This document shows positions 1 to 13,399 of a DNA stretch of 64,000 nucleotides, piece by piece (position 1 is the stretch's first letter; each line of letters opens with the position of its first letter). Under the pieces are notes generated by a model. The model had not been told where the DNA came from. It did not search any database and worked only from the letters and a program-made list of their open reading frames with translations. The translations under genes and the position numbers were made by a program. Source of the DNA: Scyliorhinus canicula (taxonomy: Eukaryota); contig NC_052160.1 of assembly GCF_902713615.1 (NCBI RefSeq), forward strand, positions 41,419,440 to 41,483,439, given 5' to 3'.

Positions 1-221
1 CTAAATTGCTCCTTAATTGAGGGTGAAAAAAGCATTGGGTACTCTAAATTTATTTTTAAAAATTCATTAAAAGTTAACATTGGTAATCAGAAGCATGAAA
101 CTACCAGATTATTGTAAAATTCAATTTGGTTCACTAATGCTCTTTTAGAGACTGAAATCTGCTGGCTTTACCCAGTCTGACTTGTCTGTCACTCCAGACC
201 CACACCACCATAGTTGACTCT

Positions 222-345
222 TTTTTAAAAATATAAATTTAGAGTACCCAAACTTCACAAGGACAGTGACACTGGGCTGGGATCAAACCTGGGTCCTTGG
301 CGCCGTGAGACAGCAGTGCTAACCACTGCGCCATCGCGCTGCTCC
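222..345 (-). mobile_element. Short V-SINE (internally deleted)
   Basis: Reverse tRNA head (gctaaccactgcgcc) and gggtactctaaatt tail. Confidence 0.75.
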
Positions 346-1339
346 AACTTTTAATGTATTGACTGAGTTTTAAATCCTCATTTGCCATAATGGCATTTGA
401 ACTTGTCTTGAGATCATTAGTCGAGACCTCTGGATTGCTAGTATAGTAACATAGCCACAATACTAGCGTACTCCAAAACTTAATGTTGTCTGCAAACTTG
501 AATATGGAATGCTGTTCCTTGATCATAGAATTTACACTGATCCAAGTGAGTGTAAAACTTAAACCCCAATATAGATTCCTAAAGAACACACATGTCACAT
601 TCAGTGCACTCAGATGCTCAATCTGGATTGATTCTGCAGGAATCTCCATGGTGAAGCTTCACTGCATTTTGTACATGGTACAGCTGCTATGTGGAACAAG
701 ACTTGAAGCAGGCAGTTGAAAAAGTTCTCCAGGTGACCAGGTGCATCAGGGATTAAGGAACAGGGGGGTAAATCCACTAGTCCTGCACTGTTAATGGGAG
801 CTGTAGTCAAAGTGTTGGAGTGTTGGAAACAGAGCTATGACAGCCACGGACTAGCCTTCTACCCTGCATTTCCTTCTGGGGGCAGACCAGTGTGAATTTA
901 CGGCCGAATACATAGGCAGGATCGATCTACCACACAGGCATAGGTTCTGCTAGTTGTCCTGTTCCTCGGAATTCTTCTGCTCCAAGAGGAGAATTACTCA
1001 ATGGCCTGTAACTTCCTAGATCCACCGTATCAGATCAGAGTTTTTGGGGGGGGGGGGGGGCTGCTGCTGGAAAGAAGCGCTGGGGAATCCTGGATAATTG
1101 CGCTTCGCTGGAAACCATCTGACAAAGTGATTTAAATCTCTACCTTCAAATGATTCTGCCACTAATAGTTACTCTGAAAAGGTTAGGAGGAAATAAACCC
1201 ATTTCTAACTTCAGTCTAAGTATTTTAAATACCCAGATCAGTCCCCGCATGGGGCAAACCCTCACACTCACGACCCCACAGGAGGTTCCCACCACCCGAC
1301 TTGTCCTCACCCCCACCCACTTGGATCACTCCCACCATC

Positions 1340-2297
1340 CCCCAAGTTGTCCATCTCACCACCGTTGTCTAACCGCTCTCCCCCTCCATCCGATATCCGG
1401 CCCACCCCAAATCCCCCCCTCCCCCATTCCCGTCATCTGATGACCAGCTCACCCCCAACGCCCCCCAACCGATGTCTGGCCCACCCCCATGTCTCGCATT
1501 CGATGTCCAGCCCATCTCCAACCCCCCCCATCCGATGTCCGTCTCACCCCCAATGCCCCCCACCTCCAAAACCCATCCGATGTCCAGCCCATCTCCAACC
1601 CCCCCATCCGATGTCCGTCTCACCCCCAATGCCCCCCATCTGAAGTCCGGACCACCTCCAAAACCCATCCGATGTCCAGCCCATCTCCAATGCCCATCTG
1701 TTGTCCGGCCCACCCCCAACACTCATGCCATGTCCGGCCCACCCTTAATGCCCATTCATTGTCCGGCCCACCCCCAACACCCATCCGTTGTCCGGCCCAC
1801 CCCCATCCGATGTCTGGCCCACCCCAACACCCATCCGATGTCCGACCCACCCCCAACACGTATCCGATGTCTGGCCCACCCCCAACGCCCATCCGCTGTC
1901 CGGCCCATCTCCAACGCCCATCCGCTGTCCGGCCCACCCCCAACGCCCATCCGATGTCCGGCCCACCCCCAACGCCCATCCGATGTCCTGCCCATCTCCA
2001 ACACCCATCCGATGTCCGGCCCACCCCCAACGCCCATCCGCTGTCCGGTCCATCTCCAACGCCCATCCGATGTCCGGCCCATCTCCAACACCCATCCGAT
2101 TTCCGGCCCACCCCCAACACCCATCCAATGTCCGGCCCACCCCCAACGCCCATCCGATCTCCAACACCCATCCGATGTCCGGCCCACCCTCAACACCCAT
2201 CCAATGTCCGGCCCACCCCCAACGCCCATCCGATGTCCGGCCCATCTCCAACACCCATCCGATGTCCGGCCCACCCCCAACGCCCATCCGATGTCTG
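1340..2297. repeat. 29-bp C-rich minisatellite (CCCATCCGATGTCCGGCCCACCCCCAACG)n, ~30 copies
   Basis: Visible periodicity; degenerate at the left, more regular at the right. Confidence 0.93.
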
Positions 2298-3184
2298 GCG
2301 CTGCGTGAATCGCACTCAGCCTGAGTTTGGAAGGTTGGGCGAGACAGGCACTGAAGAAATTTAGCACAGGTAAGTGGATGCAAAGTGGCAAACCGACCCG
2401 ATTGCCACTCCAAGGAAGGTACGGCCCAATATGTTGTCATACATGCATGCCCTCCCTTGCACCCCTGCTATTCCTGTACAATGCCAGATTCAGTGTGCCA
2501 ACATACCTAGGTGTGGATGCATTGCTGCCTCCAGGCCCTTAGCAAAGTGAACAGTACTGCCATGGAGTTCCAGTAGCATGTGAAGCTTGTCCTCCTGGCT
2601 TGCTCTCTCCATTGCTGTGCTGAGGCAGACAGGGATTGATGGAACAATGGCCCCCAGGGTCTGGATCTGTAGCACAGTAACAATCTCGCAGGGGTTTCTG
2701 AAGACCTGGTCAACATAAAAGTTTTTTTAGCTACAGTTTTTAACAGTCTCAAAGTACAGAACTAGTTAAAGTTGGAACAAATTTCAGCAAGAATCATAAC
2801 ATTAAAAAGTAATGAAGAGATTTAATTAAATGTTAATACTTCACTTACTACTAGTGAAAATATCAATCGGTTTTGGACCATAAATCCTCACCTTTCATCC
2901 AGTGAATTCCATACAAAACCAAAGACTACAGCATGTAATGTATGGGAAGTATCACAGCACAGATACAGGCCATTCAGCCCAAAATGTGTATGCTGGCATT
3001 TATGCTTCACACAAGACTCCTGCCACCCCATCAGCATACCCGCTTATTTTTCTCTCTCAATTGTTTATCTAGCTTTCCCTTAAATCTATCTATGCTATTA
3101 ACCTAAAATACTCCAAGCGGTAGCAAATGTGTTGAGAACACGATGCTTGACACTTTTATAGGTAAAACTATTTGTAGGTAAAAC

Positions 3185-3420
3185 TGGCAGTCGCAGCTCC
3201 ATGGATAGAATTCTCGCCTGAGTTAGCAGGTCATGTGTTCAAGTCACACTCCAGAGAATTGAACACATAAGCCAGGTTGGGATTGCAGTGCAGTACTGAG
3301 GGAGTGTGGCACTCTCAGAGGTGCTGTCTTTCGGATGAGATGCTAAAATGAGACCCCACCTACCTTTTTGAAGAAGAACTGGGTGGTTCACCCTGGTATT
3401 CTGGGCTATATCTAACAATA
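3185..3420 (+). mobile_element. DeuSINE-type (SacSINE1/AmnSINE-like) tRNA SINE
   Basis: B-box gtgttcaagtc plus Deu core gcagtactgagggagtg...gtctttcggatgaga...gaagaagaac. Confidence 0.7.
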
Positions 3421-3502
3421 CATTTCAATAGTGAGTACACTTCTGAAGTACATAATTTGATGTACAGGCTTGGAGACATTTTGAATGTGTGAAAAACACT
3501 AT

Positions 3503-3690
3503 GGGCGGGATTTACTGGCTGTTCACACCGCCTGGATAGTCCAGTCCCACACCAATGCATGGGTTTCCTGGCGACGAGGGGTGCGGTCACTGGCAAACCC
3601 TATTGATAATGGCGAGATCGGTCGATCCTGCTGGCGGGCTACCTCCGCCGCCGGAAAATCACGCGGCGGGTTGGTCGGTAAATCCCATCC
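3503..3690. mobile_element. MITE with imperfect TIRs (GGGCGGGATTTAC...GTAAATCCCATCC)
   Basis: Terminal inverted repeats and CpG-rich body. Confidence 0.65.
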
Positions 3691-4564
3691 TGTAAAACTT
3701 ATATATAAACCTTTTTTTAATAAAAATGTGCAGTATCTAAAATATGAGCCCTTGTGGCACAATTGAAGTGCCTTTACCTCTGAGCCATAAGCTGCAGGTT
3801 ACAGTCCCACTCCGAGACATGTTATGAATGCACCTTCCGTGGCCAAACAGGTCGATTGGAGTGGGAGTCTCCAAGTCAGCTAGAACCTGCTGAAGCCAAT
3901 GGCAAATCACTACAGTACCTTGCCAAGCATAACCATGGACCGATGCATTGATATCCGTGGTTGCCAATGCCATCTTAGGGCATGGTACCTAAAGAGAGTA
4001 TCTAAAATCACTTCAAGTTCTTTCCAGAAAAGGAGTTTAAAGTATTGTTGACTGGAAAGTCTTTGGTTGTTAAAGGGTTAAAACCTCTGTTTTTATTTTC
4101 TCCTTTGAATAAGACCCTGGGAACTGATTATTTTTATTTTTTGCCTCTGGGGAACATGGTTTCAACAGGTTGTTGGTTATTCATTTGTTTGGGAATTTAA
4201 AAAAAAATGTACTGTACACCATTTAAAAGGTCTCTTATAGCAAAGAGCCAGAACTTTCCTGGTGTTTATAATATTATATTCTCACATCTTTTTGTGTGCC
4301 AAACACTGACATACACAAACCAACCAACATATTACAGATGACATTTTGAATGAGTTAATATGAAAGCGACCAAGGAATGCCAAACACACACTTGGTGTAG
4401 CCATTCAACATTTCTTTGTACTAATCTGATCACATAGAGCAAGATTTTACAGGCCCCTGGGTGACAGGCTAGGAGGATTGGTGGGGGCCGATAAATTGCT
4501 GGGCAGCCAGGTCAGGGGCTTCCCCATCATAGTTCCCCTCCAGGACATTCCCTTCCAGGCCATC

Positions 4565-4799
4565 TTTTTTAAAAATAAAAATTTTAAAGTACCCAATTCA
4601 TTTTTTCTAATTAAGGGCAATTTAGCGTGGCCAATCCACCTACCCTATACATCTTTGGGTTGTGGAAACCCACAAAACCCATGCAAACACGAGGAGAATG
4701 TGCAAACTCCACACGGACAGTGACCCAGAGCCAGGATCGAACCTGGGACCTCGGCGCCGTGAGACCGCAGTGCTAGACACTGCGCCACCATTCTGCCCT
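4565..4799 (-). mobile_element. V-SINE, short A/T-tailed subfamily
   Basis: tRNA A/B boxes plus V-domain (gtttgcacattctc...ggattggccacgctaaattgccc). Confidence 0.85.
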
Positions 4800-5619
4800 C
4801 CCTCCAGGCCATTTAACAGTGGTGGGAATGGCAGCGGCTTGCCCATCCATTGACTTTCGGCAGGTGGTAAATGTAGCCAATTAAAGGCCCAATTGAGGGC
4901 CATCTAGTTAGCTAGTGGAGGAGCAGCTGTCACCATGTGGTGTGGCTGGCTCTGTGTATTGCTACTGACGATGCACAGCTGCCAGCCCTCCAATTGGGCA
5001 GCACAGCGTTCTTAATTGAATGGTGAGCCCAGAGATGGCTATTTAAGAAGCTGCCGCTGGGAAAATTGTCACTGCAGTCCAGCAGCCCGCCTGTGTGGAC
5101 ATGCGACCTGATGTCAGGATTTACTCCCTTCTGAGAAATCCATGTAAACAGGAAATACATTTGCGAAGTTCACATACAGAGTGAAAACACGGTCTGCCAC
5201 CAGGCAAAATCAAAGATCAATACAGAAGGAGATACAATGGCCTCTTACTCAACCATTCCCTGTGGCAAATAATTTCACACTCCAACAACCTTGAGTGTAA
5301 AGAAATATCTCCTAAACTCTCTTCTCACTGTAGCTGATGTTAAATTGATGGTCCCTTGTCATTACCTGGTGGGAACACAGACTCCCTATTCACGGAACCA
5401 AAGCCCTTCAGAATTTTAAAACCTCTATTAAATGTTCCTTTGGCCTCCACTGCTCCAGCGCAAGTTATCATTTTCTCAATCATACCTCATATCTCTAGTT
5501 TCTTGGTGTTGTTCTAGAATAAAATGCTACAGTTCAGAAGGAGGCCAATTTTATATTCTATACCGTCCAGTTATGAAGCTCCCAAATGTTATTGGCCGTT
5601 ACTTTTTTTCCTATAAATT

Positions 5620-6043
5620 GTAAGTACTCAATTCATTTTTTTTCCAATTAAGGGGCAATTTAAGGGCAGCACGGTGGCGCAGTGGCTAGCACTGCTGCCT
5701 CATGGCGCCGAAGACCCCGGAGTTTGCACATTCTCCAGGTATCTGCGTGGGTCTCACCCCCACAACCCAAAGATGTGCAGGGTAGGTGAATTGGCCAGGC
5801 TAAATTGCCCCTTAATTGGAAAAAAAAAGAATTAGGTACTCCAAATTTATTTTTAAAAAAAGGATAAATTAGCATAGCCAATCCATCTACCCTGCACATA
5901 TTTTGGGTTGTGGGGGTGAGATCTACGCAGGCATGGGGAAAACGTGCAAACTCCACATGGACAGTGACCTGAGGCCGGGATCGAACCCGAGTCATCGGCA
6001 CTGTGTGCCAGCAGTGCTAACCACTGCACCACCATGCTGCCCT
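5620..6043. mobile_element. Inverted pair of V-SINEs (+ 5663-5858, - 5865-6043) with a reverse tail fragment at 5620-5661
   Basis: Same consensus in opposite orientations. Confidence 0.8.
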
Positions 6044-6777
6044 ATTGGCCTTTTCTTTTTTTTTTTTTAAAATTATTTTTATTCAAATTTTTATCGAAAC
6101 TTAACTATTGACCTTTTCTAAAGGTTTAACTACATATGTCCTCACCTTCAGGGAATTCCTGAATCCCTAGGTCTCTACCTATCCTTAATTTTCCTATCAC
6201 ACACTAAATTGTACCTGTTTTCTCATTCTGCTACCCAATGTCTTCCTTCAGTCTTTCACAATTCTCTTCACTGTCTGCCAAGTAGCCTCTTATCAAAGGC
6301 CTTCTGAAAAATCAACACATACCACATCAAGGGCTTTCCTTTATCTATCCTATCGGTAATTTGAGAATTGATAAAGCCTTGCCATAAATCCAAAGTCCTT
6401 TCTTACATTTGTGGGCGGCGTGGTGATTCAAATCCACCCATGCTCTCACCCTACCTACTTTGTGATTGTGTCTTTGTTCCCCAGCGCTAACTTTCTGCCA
6501 TCTCCACCCTTTTTAAAATACCTTCTCGGAACATGGGCACATTCAGTAAGGTCAACAATTATTGCCCATCCCTAGTTCTGGGAAGTTGGGGGTGAACTTG
6601 CTCGAAATGCTGGGAGTCATTTCATAAAAATTCCAGACTGCTTCAGGGAGCAACTAAAAGTCAACCGCAATGGTGTGGTACTGCAGCCACATATAGGCCC
6701 AGAATGGGTAAGAAAGGCAGGTTTCCTTCTCTGAAGGGATATTAGTGAACCAGTTGCTTTTTTCTTTAAAACATTAT

Positions 6778-6998
6778 TTTAAAAAATAAATTTAGAGATC
6801 TAATTATTTTTTTTCCAATTAAGGGGCAATTTAGCGTGGTCAATCCACCTACGCTGCACATCTTTTGGGTTGTGGGGGTGAAACTCACGCAGATATGGGG
6901 AGAATGTGCAAACTCCACACGGACAGTGACTCAGGGCCGGGATTCGAACCGGGAACCTCAGTGTCGTGAGGGAGCTGTGCTGACCACTGTGCCGCCCT
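6778..6998 (-). mobile_element. V-SINE, short subfamily, inserted in an older reverse SINE-like element (~6530-7140)
   Basis: V-SINE consensus match. Confidence 0.82.
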
Positions 6999-7299
6999 TA
7001 AAACAAAAATCTAACAGCTTGATCATTACTTTTACTGAGACCAGTTTTTTTATTTCCAGTTATTTTAAAACCTGAACTCGAAGAACACATTTTGGAATTA
7101 TTATCTGGACTCTTAAGTCTAATAACAGAATCAATACACCTGCTTGGGAGTTCAAATTCACCCCCACAGTAACATTTTATTATGGCGATGGTGTTTTAGT
7201 TTGTGCTTCTACCTTCTCCTGTTTGATTCCAGATTTATTTTCCAAATAGAAATCATCCCATGCATTTTACTCTCTCGTGTGCCCCTATAGAAACAGAAA

Positions 7300-8702
7300 G
7301 ACTTCCTTATTAACTGGTCTTTTGCAACTATAGGATGCCCAAGCTCTTTGGAGCCAAAAAAGTGCTTCTGAAGTCCAGTCACTGCTGTAATGTAGAAAAT
7401 GTGATAGCCAATTGCAAGATACAAGAAGCAACATGATAATGATCAAATAATATGGGTTTTTTTAAGGTGTTGGTTGAGGAATATTGGCCAGGACACAGAG
7501 GAGAATTCCTCTGCTCCTCTTCAATACTTTGTTGCTTATATCCATCTAAAGGGAAAATGGAGCTAAGATTTAACATTTCATCTGAAAGACTGAAGTGTCT
7601 GCCTAGGCTATGTGCTCTAGTCACTGGTGTGTCTACCTGGGCTATGTTCTCTAGTCACTGGTCTGTCTACCTGGGCTATGTTCTCTAGTCACTGGAGTGT
7701 TTACCTGGGCTATGTGCTCTAGTCATTGGAGCGCCTGCCTGGGCTATGTGCTCTAGTCACTGGAGTGTTTACCTGGGCTGTGTGCTCTAGTCACTGGTGT
7801 GTCTACCTGGGCTATGTTCTCTAGTCACTGGTGTGTCTACCTGGGCTATGTGCTCTAGTCACAGGAGTGTCCACCTGGGCTATGTGCTCTAGTCACAGGA
7901 GTGTCCACCTGGGCTATGTGCTCTAGTCACTGGTGTGTCTACCTGGGCTATGTTCTCTAGTTGCTGGAGTGTCTACCTGGGCTATGTGCCCTAGTCACAG
8001 GTGTGTCTACCTGGGCTATGTTCTATAGTCACTATTGTGTCTACCTGGGCTATGTTCTCTAGTCACCGAGTGTCTGCCTTGGCTATGTTCTTTAGTTACT
8101 GGAGTGTCTGCCTGGGCTATGCTCTCGTTACTGGAGTTTCTGCCTGGGCTACGTGCTCTGGTCCCTGGAGTGTCTGCCTTGGCTATGTTCTCTATTCACT
8201 GGTGTGTCTGCCTGGGCTATGCTCTCTATTCACTGGTGTGTCTGCCTGGGCTGAGTTCCCCAGTCACTGAATGTCTGCCTTGGCTATGTTCTCTAGTCAC
8301 GGGAGTGTCTGCCTGGGCTATGCTCTTGTTACTGGAGTTTCTGCCTGGGCTACGTGCTTTGGTCCCTGGAGTGTCTGCCTGGGCTATGTTCTTTAGTTAC
8401 TGGAGTGTCTGCCTGGGCTATGTTCTCTAGTCACTGGCGTATCTACCTGGATAGCCCATTTGCTCTAGTCACTGGAGTATCTGCCTGAACTATTGCTCTA
8501 GTCACTGGAGTGTCTGCCTGGGCTATGTTCTTTAGTCACTGGAGTGTCTGCCTGGGCTATGTTCTTGAGTCACTGGCATGTCTATCTGGGCTGTGTTCTC
8601 TAGTCACTGGCATGTCTACCTGGGCTGTGTTCTCTAGTCACTGGCATGTCTACCTGGGCTACGTGCTCTAGTCACTGGCGTGGGACTTGAACCTTCTCTG
8701 AC
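7300..8702 (-). mobile_element. DeuSINE-type SINE with internal minisatellite expansion
   Basis: Reverse B-box gtgggacttgaacc at ~8680 and reverse Deu core at 7465-7590. Confidence 0.7.
7595..8680. repeat. 34-bp minisatellite (GTCACTGGWGTGTCTRCCTGGGCTATGTKCTCTA)n, ~32 copies, inside a minus-strand DeuSINE
   Basis: Visible periodicity; flanked by SINE B-box and core sequence. Confidence 0.93.
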
Positions 8703-9482
8703 TGCTTCCCCTTTATTTCTCATCACATGTCTAGCTGCAGGTAAAGTTCCGGTCAAAGACTTAATTCTCTGTTAATATGAGTCTTGACTATGGTTGGCTG
8801 CCCTAAATAAGTTGCCTGCAGTTATGGAACACGGCATGCGAGATCCGAAGATATTTTACCTGACATTTCACATTTATTGCTTTTCGGAAGTAATGTTTAA
8901 TCTGCTAACACAAACTTATTCTTGGAAACAGATCAGAGATAAGGCAGAACACTTAATACATTTGTAACAATTCGTACTGGACTGGAGACTATACCCTCTG
9001 GGAAACAATTAGAAAGGAAGGCAAGAATTTTAACAAATGCTTGAAGGGGCAGAGGGGAATATTTCCATTAAAGGGTATAAAAGCTGACTGTAAATGATAA
9101 GAGTGTTTTGTTCAGTGTTATATTAAATTATTTGAGAGAGCAAAAGACCAGATAAGGGAGAGTGACATTCAAATGGTGCAATCAAAGCTCACATTTGCTA
9201 CTGGCGGCCACTCTATAGGCAAAGAGTGGGAACTCTGGGTAATTTCACTTCGCCCTCCAGCGCAAGCTTGATGCACTTTTCAGGATCCTAACCCCAACCT
9301 CAGTTGGTCAGCCAATTCAGCAGAGGTCACAGATTGAAACAGGAATGCCCAGACTTGCTGTGATTCATTTACAGTGGACAGCAGGGCAGACAGGGGCTGG
9401 GTATAGATAGCAGTTATTGGAATCTCCAGCTGACTGTCAATTCAGAGACTTGGAGAGGAGAGGGAGAATAAAAAGAGACATT

Positions 9483-9823
9483 TCATAGAATTTACAGTGC
9501 AGAAGGAGGCCATTCAGCCCATCGAGTCTGCACCGGCTCTTGGAAAGAGCACCCTACCCAAGCCCATACCTCCACCCTATCCCCATAACCCAGTAACCCC
9601 ACCTAAGGGCAATTTTGGACAATAAGGGCAATTTATCATGGCCAATCCACCTAACCTGCACATCTTTGGACTGTGGGAGGAAACCGGAGCACCCGGAGGA
9701 AACCCACGCACACACAGGGAGAACGTGCAGACTCCACACAGACAGTGACTCAAGCCGGGAATCGAACCTGGGACCCTGGAACTGTGAAACATTTGTGCTA
9801 ACCACTATGCTACCGTGCTGCCC
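9483..9823 (-). mobile_element. HE1-like V-SINE with CR1-type 3' tail
   Basis: tRNA head, full V-domain, and tail gatgggctgaatggcctccttctgcactgtaaattctatg. Confidence 0.88.
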
Positions 9824-10279
9824 TAATACTAAGCACATTCAGAACACTAGAGCACCAGAAAACAACCAGTTCACAGGTTGTCATTGAACAAATTCCACGG
9901 ACGCATTCCAGTGATTAATGGGACTTGTTATCTGCATCAGTTCAGAAGCTAAATTGACAAGGTGTTGTTCTTTTTACTGTTATGGGAACATAAAAACTGG
10001 CACATTGCGATACCTGCAGCCAGCTGAGAACTACTCTGCCCTTGCACAATTTCACTTAGCATTATGGAGCTGTGATGCCCACATCAAAACGAGGCACTTA
10101 ACTGTTGTAAATTTTTCCTGTCCTTCACAGCCACACACTCCGCTCCAGCCAGCTCCACCAGTACAGGAAAACAACACTTACCCTACTGGGTCCACAGCTG
10201 CCCTGGTACTGAGATTGACTCCTGCTGGGATACAGTCAATTTGTCACCAGATACATTCCTGCTGATATAAATGATTTCT

Positions 10280-11200
10280 GCAGCAAGTAACTCACCTCAC
10301 AACTCATTAAAGCCAGTACACCATCTACAAAACACAAGTCAGGACAATGAAATACTCTCCATTTGCCAATTTGAATGTACTCCAACAACACTCAAGAAGC
10401 TTGACACCATCTAGTCCAAAGGAGCCCACATGATTGGCACCCCACTCATCACCTTAAACAATCGTTTCCTCCACCATTCATGCAGAGTAACAGCAGATAC
10501 TCTGCGCGGGTAGCACGGTAGCATGGTGGTTAGCATAAATGCTTCACAGCTCCAGGGTCCCAGGTTCGATTCCCGGCTGGGTCACTGTCTGTGCGGAGTC
10601 TGCACGTCCTCCCAGTGTGTGCGTGGGTTTCCTCCGGGTGCTCCGGTTTCCTCCCACAGTCCAAAGATGTGCGGGTTAGGTGGATTGGCCATGCTAAATT
10701 GCCCTTAGTGTCCTTAAAAAGTAAGGTAATGGGGGGGGGTTGTTGGGTTACGGGTATAGGGTGGATACGTGGGTTTGAGTAGGGTGATCATTGCTCGGCA
10801 CAACATCGAGGGCCCAAGGGCCTGTGCTGTACTGTTCTAATTCTAATTCTAAAAAAAAATACTCCAGCAACTTATCAAGGCTCCTTCGACTACACCTTCC
10901 CCACGACATCTTCCACCTCAAAGGACAAGGGTAGCAGACAAATGAGAACATCACATCCTGAAAGTTGCCTTCCAACTCACACACTATCCTGACTTGGAAC
11001 TATATCACCGTTCCTTCATCATCACAGAGTCAAAATACTGAAATTATCCCAAACAGCATCATGGATTTACCTATACGAGATGGACTGCAGCAGTTCAAGA
11101 AGGCAACTCCCTATCATCTTCTGAAAAGCAATTTGGAATAGGCAACAAATGCTGGCCTTGCAGTGATATGCTCACATGACATTAAATAGTTTTTAAAAAA
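10280..11200 (+). mobile_element. L2/CR1-clade LINE 3' fragment with a nested V-SINE (10505-10860)
   Basis: Homologous to 32510-32720 and 45000-45760, including the ggcaacaaatgctggcc tail. Confidence 0.75.
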
Positions 11201-11689
11201 TCCTCCCCAGAGTATTTACCAGGGGGAAGATAAAGCACGAGGGACACACCCATCCTAGGTTATCACATGCCCACTGTCATCATTCGTTCCTGAGCTCCTG
11301 ACAAGTCCAAAGCTCAGAAACAGTAACTGGGCACACACGAGACATCAGACATGAGCACAAGAGAGAGCAAGAGTGCACGAGAGAGAGGAAGCATAAGACA
11401 GAGAGGGAGGGAGGAAGGCCGGGGGCAGTTGCACGCATGCACCCACATACCCCGGATGGCAGGGCATACAGGGGTGCCCGGGCCAGGGGGCAAGGCCATA
11501 ATTTCCACTCTTACTTCCCATAGCATTCTTGGGATGAATCTCAACCAATCCTAGTGCCTTATCAACTCTTCAGCACAGGGAGCCCATCCAATACGTCCTC
11601 CTTATCAATTGTGAACCGTTCAAGTATCTGAACCGCCTCCTCTTCCACCATGTCCTGCGCAGCACCTTGGTCACTGGTAAATTCAGTTA

Positions 11690-11900
11690 CAATACATTAT
11701 TTTAATACTCAGCAATGTACTCCACAAATCCCCTTGTTGGTCCCTAATTGGCCCCACTCCTCCTTTTACTGTTTATATATCTGTAGAAGACTTTGTGACT
11801 CCCTTTTATGTTAGCTGCCTGTCTCTTCTCATACTCACTCTTTGCTTCTCTTTTTTGCTTCTTCCAATTCTCCTTTGAACTTTCTATATTCAGCCTATTT
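11690..11900 (-). mobile_element. CR1-like LINE fragment
   Basis: Minus-strand REAKSEYEKRQAANIKGSHKVFYRYINSKR, typical of the CR1 ORF2 linker. Confidence 0.7.
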
Positions 11901-12370
11901 TTTGGTTGTAGTCTCCAATGTACCGAGGCATTGCACAACTCTTCTCATAATATGCTATATATTACTGGATAGAACAACTTGATTTGCCCCAGTTAAGTCT
12001 CAAAGTCAGGATAAATATATATTCACAACAATATATGCATATCTCTCGGTGCTTCTTTTATGTTTCATGTTGTGAGAGTGGAGTTTACCCATCCTTCTAG
12101 ACTGATACATCACATTAGACCATTCAGCCCATTGTACCTGTGCGAATCTTTGAAAGAGCTATTCAATTAATTTCACTCCTCTAAACATTTCCCCCAGCCT
12201 GTAATTGTTTTCCTTTTCAACTATGCATCAAATTCCCTTTCTTAACAGCAATGATGCTTGTTTCTAATTACTGTGGGTTACAGAGCTGCACTTTTGTAGG
12301 GCACAATGGTTTAAGCACTGCCTCCATTGGCATCATAACTTCTCTGGTACACTACTGTTAAAACAGGTAT

Positions 12371-12763
12371 AGCCGACTTCCGGTTGCAGCTCTGCGGAGC
12401 TAAGCCGCACGTTCGGCAGCTCCCGCCAGGATCGGACTTTTGAGCTCTTTTTAGGGCCCCCCGCGGTACTTTTTCGACGTTTCCCGACATGGGAAGGAAT
12501 CAGCAAGTTTCCCCAGCAGTATATGGCCTGAGCCAGGAGTGGGGCGAGTAAGAAAGTGGTTGCAACTCCAAAGCAGAAGCGAGGGAAGAAGCACAAGATG
12601 GCGGCGGGCGGAGACCAGGAGGCATGGAGGCAGTAGGCGCAGGAGCAGCAGGAGACTCTCCAGCGCTGCTTCAGGGAGCTTAAAGCGGAGCTGCTGGAGC
12701 CGTTGAAGGCTTCAATTGACAAGCTGCTGGAGACCCAGACGGCCCAGGGGGTGGCGATCCGAG
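12371..12763 (+). mobile_element. 5' end of an L1/Tx1-like LINE (CpG-rich 5'UTR plus start of a coiled-coil ORF1), cut by an N gap
   Basis: gacttccggttgc start; MAAGGDQEAWRQ*AQEQQETLQRCFRELKAELLEPLKASIDKLLETQ heptad pattern from 12598. Confidence 0.65.
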
Positions 12764-12777
12764 ANNNNNNNNNNNNN
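12764..12777. other. Assembly gap (further gaps at ~59646-59813 and ~60797-61082)
   Basis: N runs. Confidence 0.99.
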
Positions 12778-13161
12778 CTGTGTTGCACACCAGGTGTAAC
12801 ACAGGAAGCCCAGAAGGCCACCTGAGATCCTGAAATTTTAGCTTCGCCCAAATTTAGCAGCCAGACCAATGTGTGTTCAGATTAGGCGTGGGACTTCCCA
12901 CTGCTATATTGGTGCTCTTTGTGCCTATTTTACATTTTTAAAAACAGGTAAATCTGTGCACATTACAGTCCCCTGAATAGTGGAACAGGTCTCGTATTTG
13001 CATCATCAATCACTTTTTGACAGTAAGGGTTGGGCAATAGATGCTAACCTTGCAAGAGCTTCCTTGCCTTAACCTGACAAACCTGTTGGCTACATTCTCA
13101 TTTATTCGCTTTCTTGAACTGTAGTTTGGTCATCCCGCTATTAAAACATTTCTCGATTCTA

Positions 13162-13384
13162 GGGCGGCGCGGTGGCGCAGTGGTTAGCACTGCTGCCCCA
13201 GGGCACCGAGGACCCAGGTTCGGTCCCAGCCCCGGGTCACTGCCTCTGTGGAATTTGCACATTCTCCCCGTGTCTGCGTAGGTCTCACCCCCACAATCCA
13301 AAAAGATGTGCAGGGTAGGTGGATTGGCCACGCTAAATTGTCCCTTAATTGGAAAAAAATAATTGGGTACAAAAAAAATTTAAA
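13162..13384 (+). mobile_element. V-SINE, short subfamily
   Basis: Consensus match. Confidence 0.87.
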
Positions 13385-13399
13385 TCTCAATTCCTCTGG

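Noticed and set aside
1347-2440. Pro-rich and Gly/Trp-rich ORFs in many frames
   Set aside because: Products of the 29-bp repeat.
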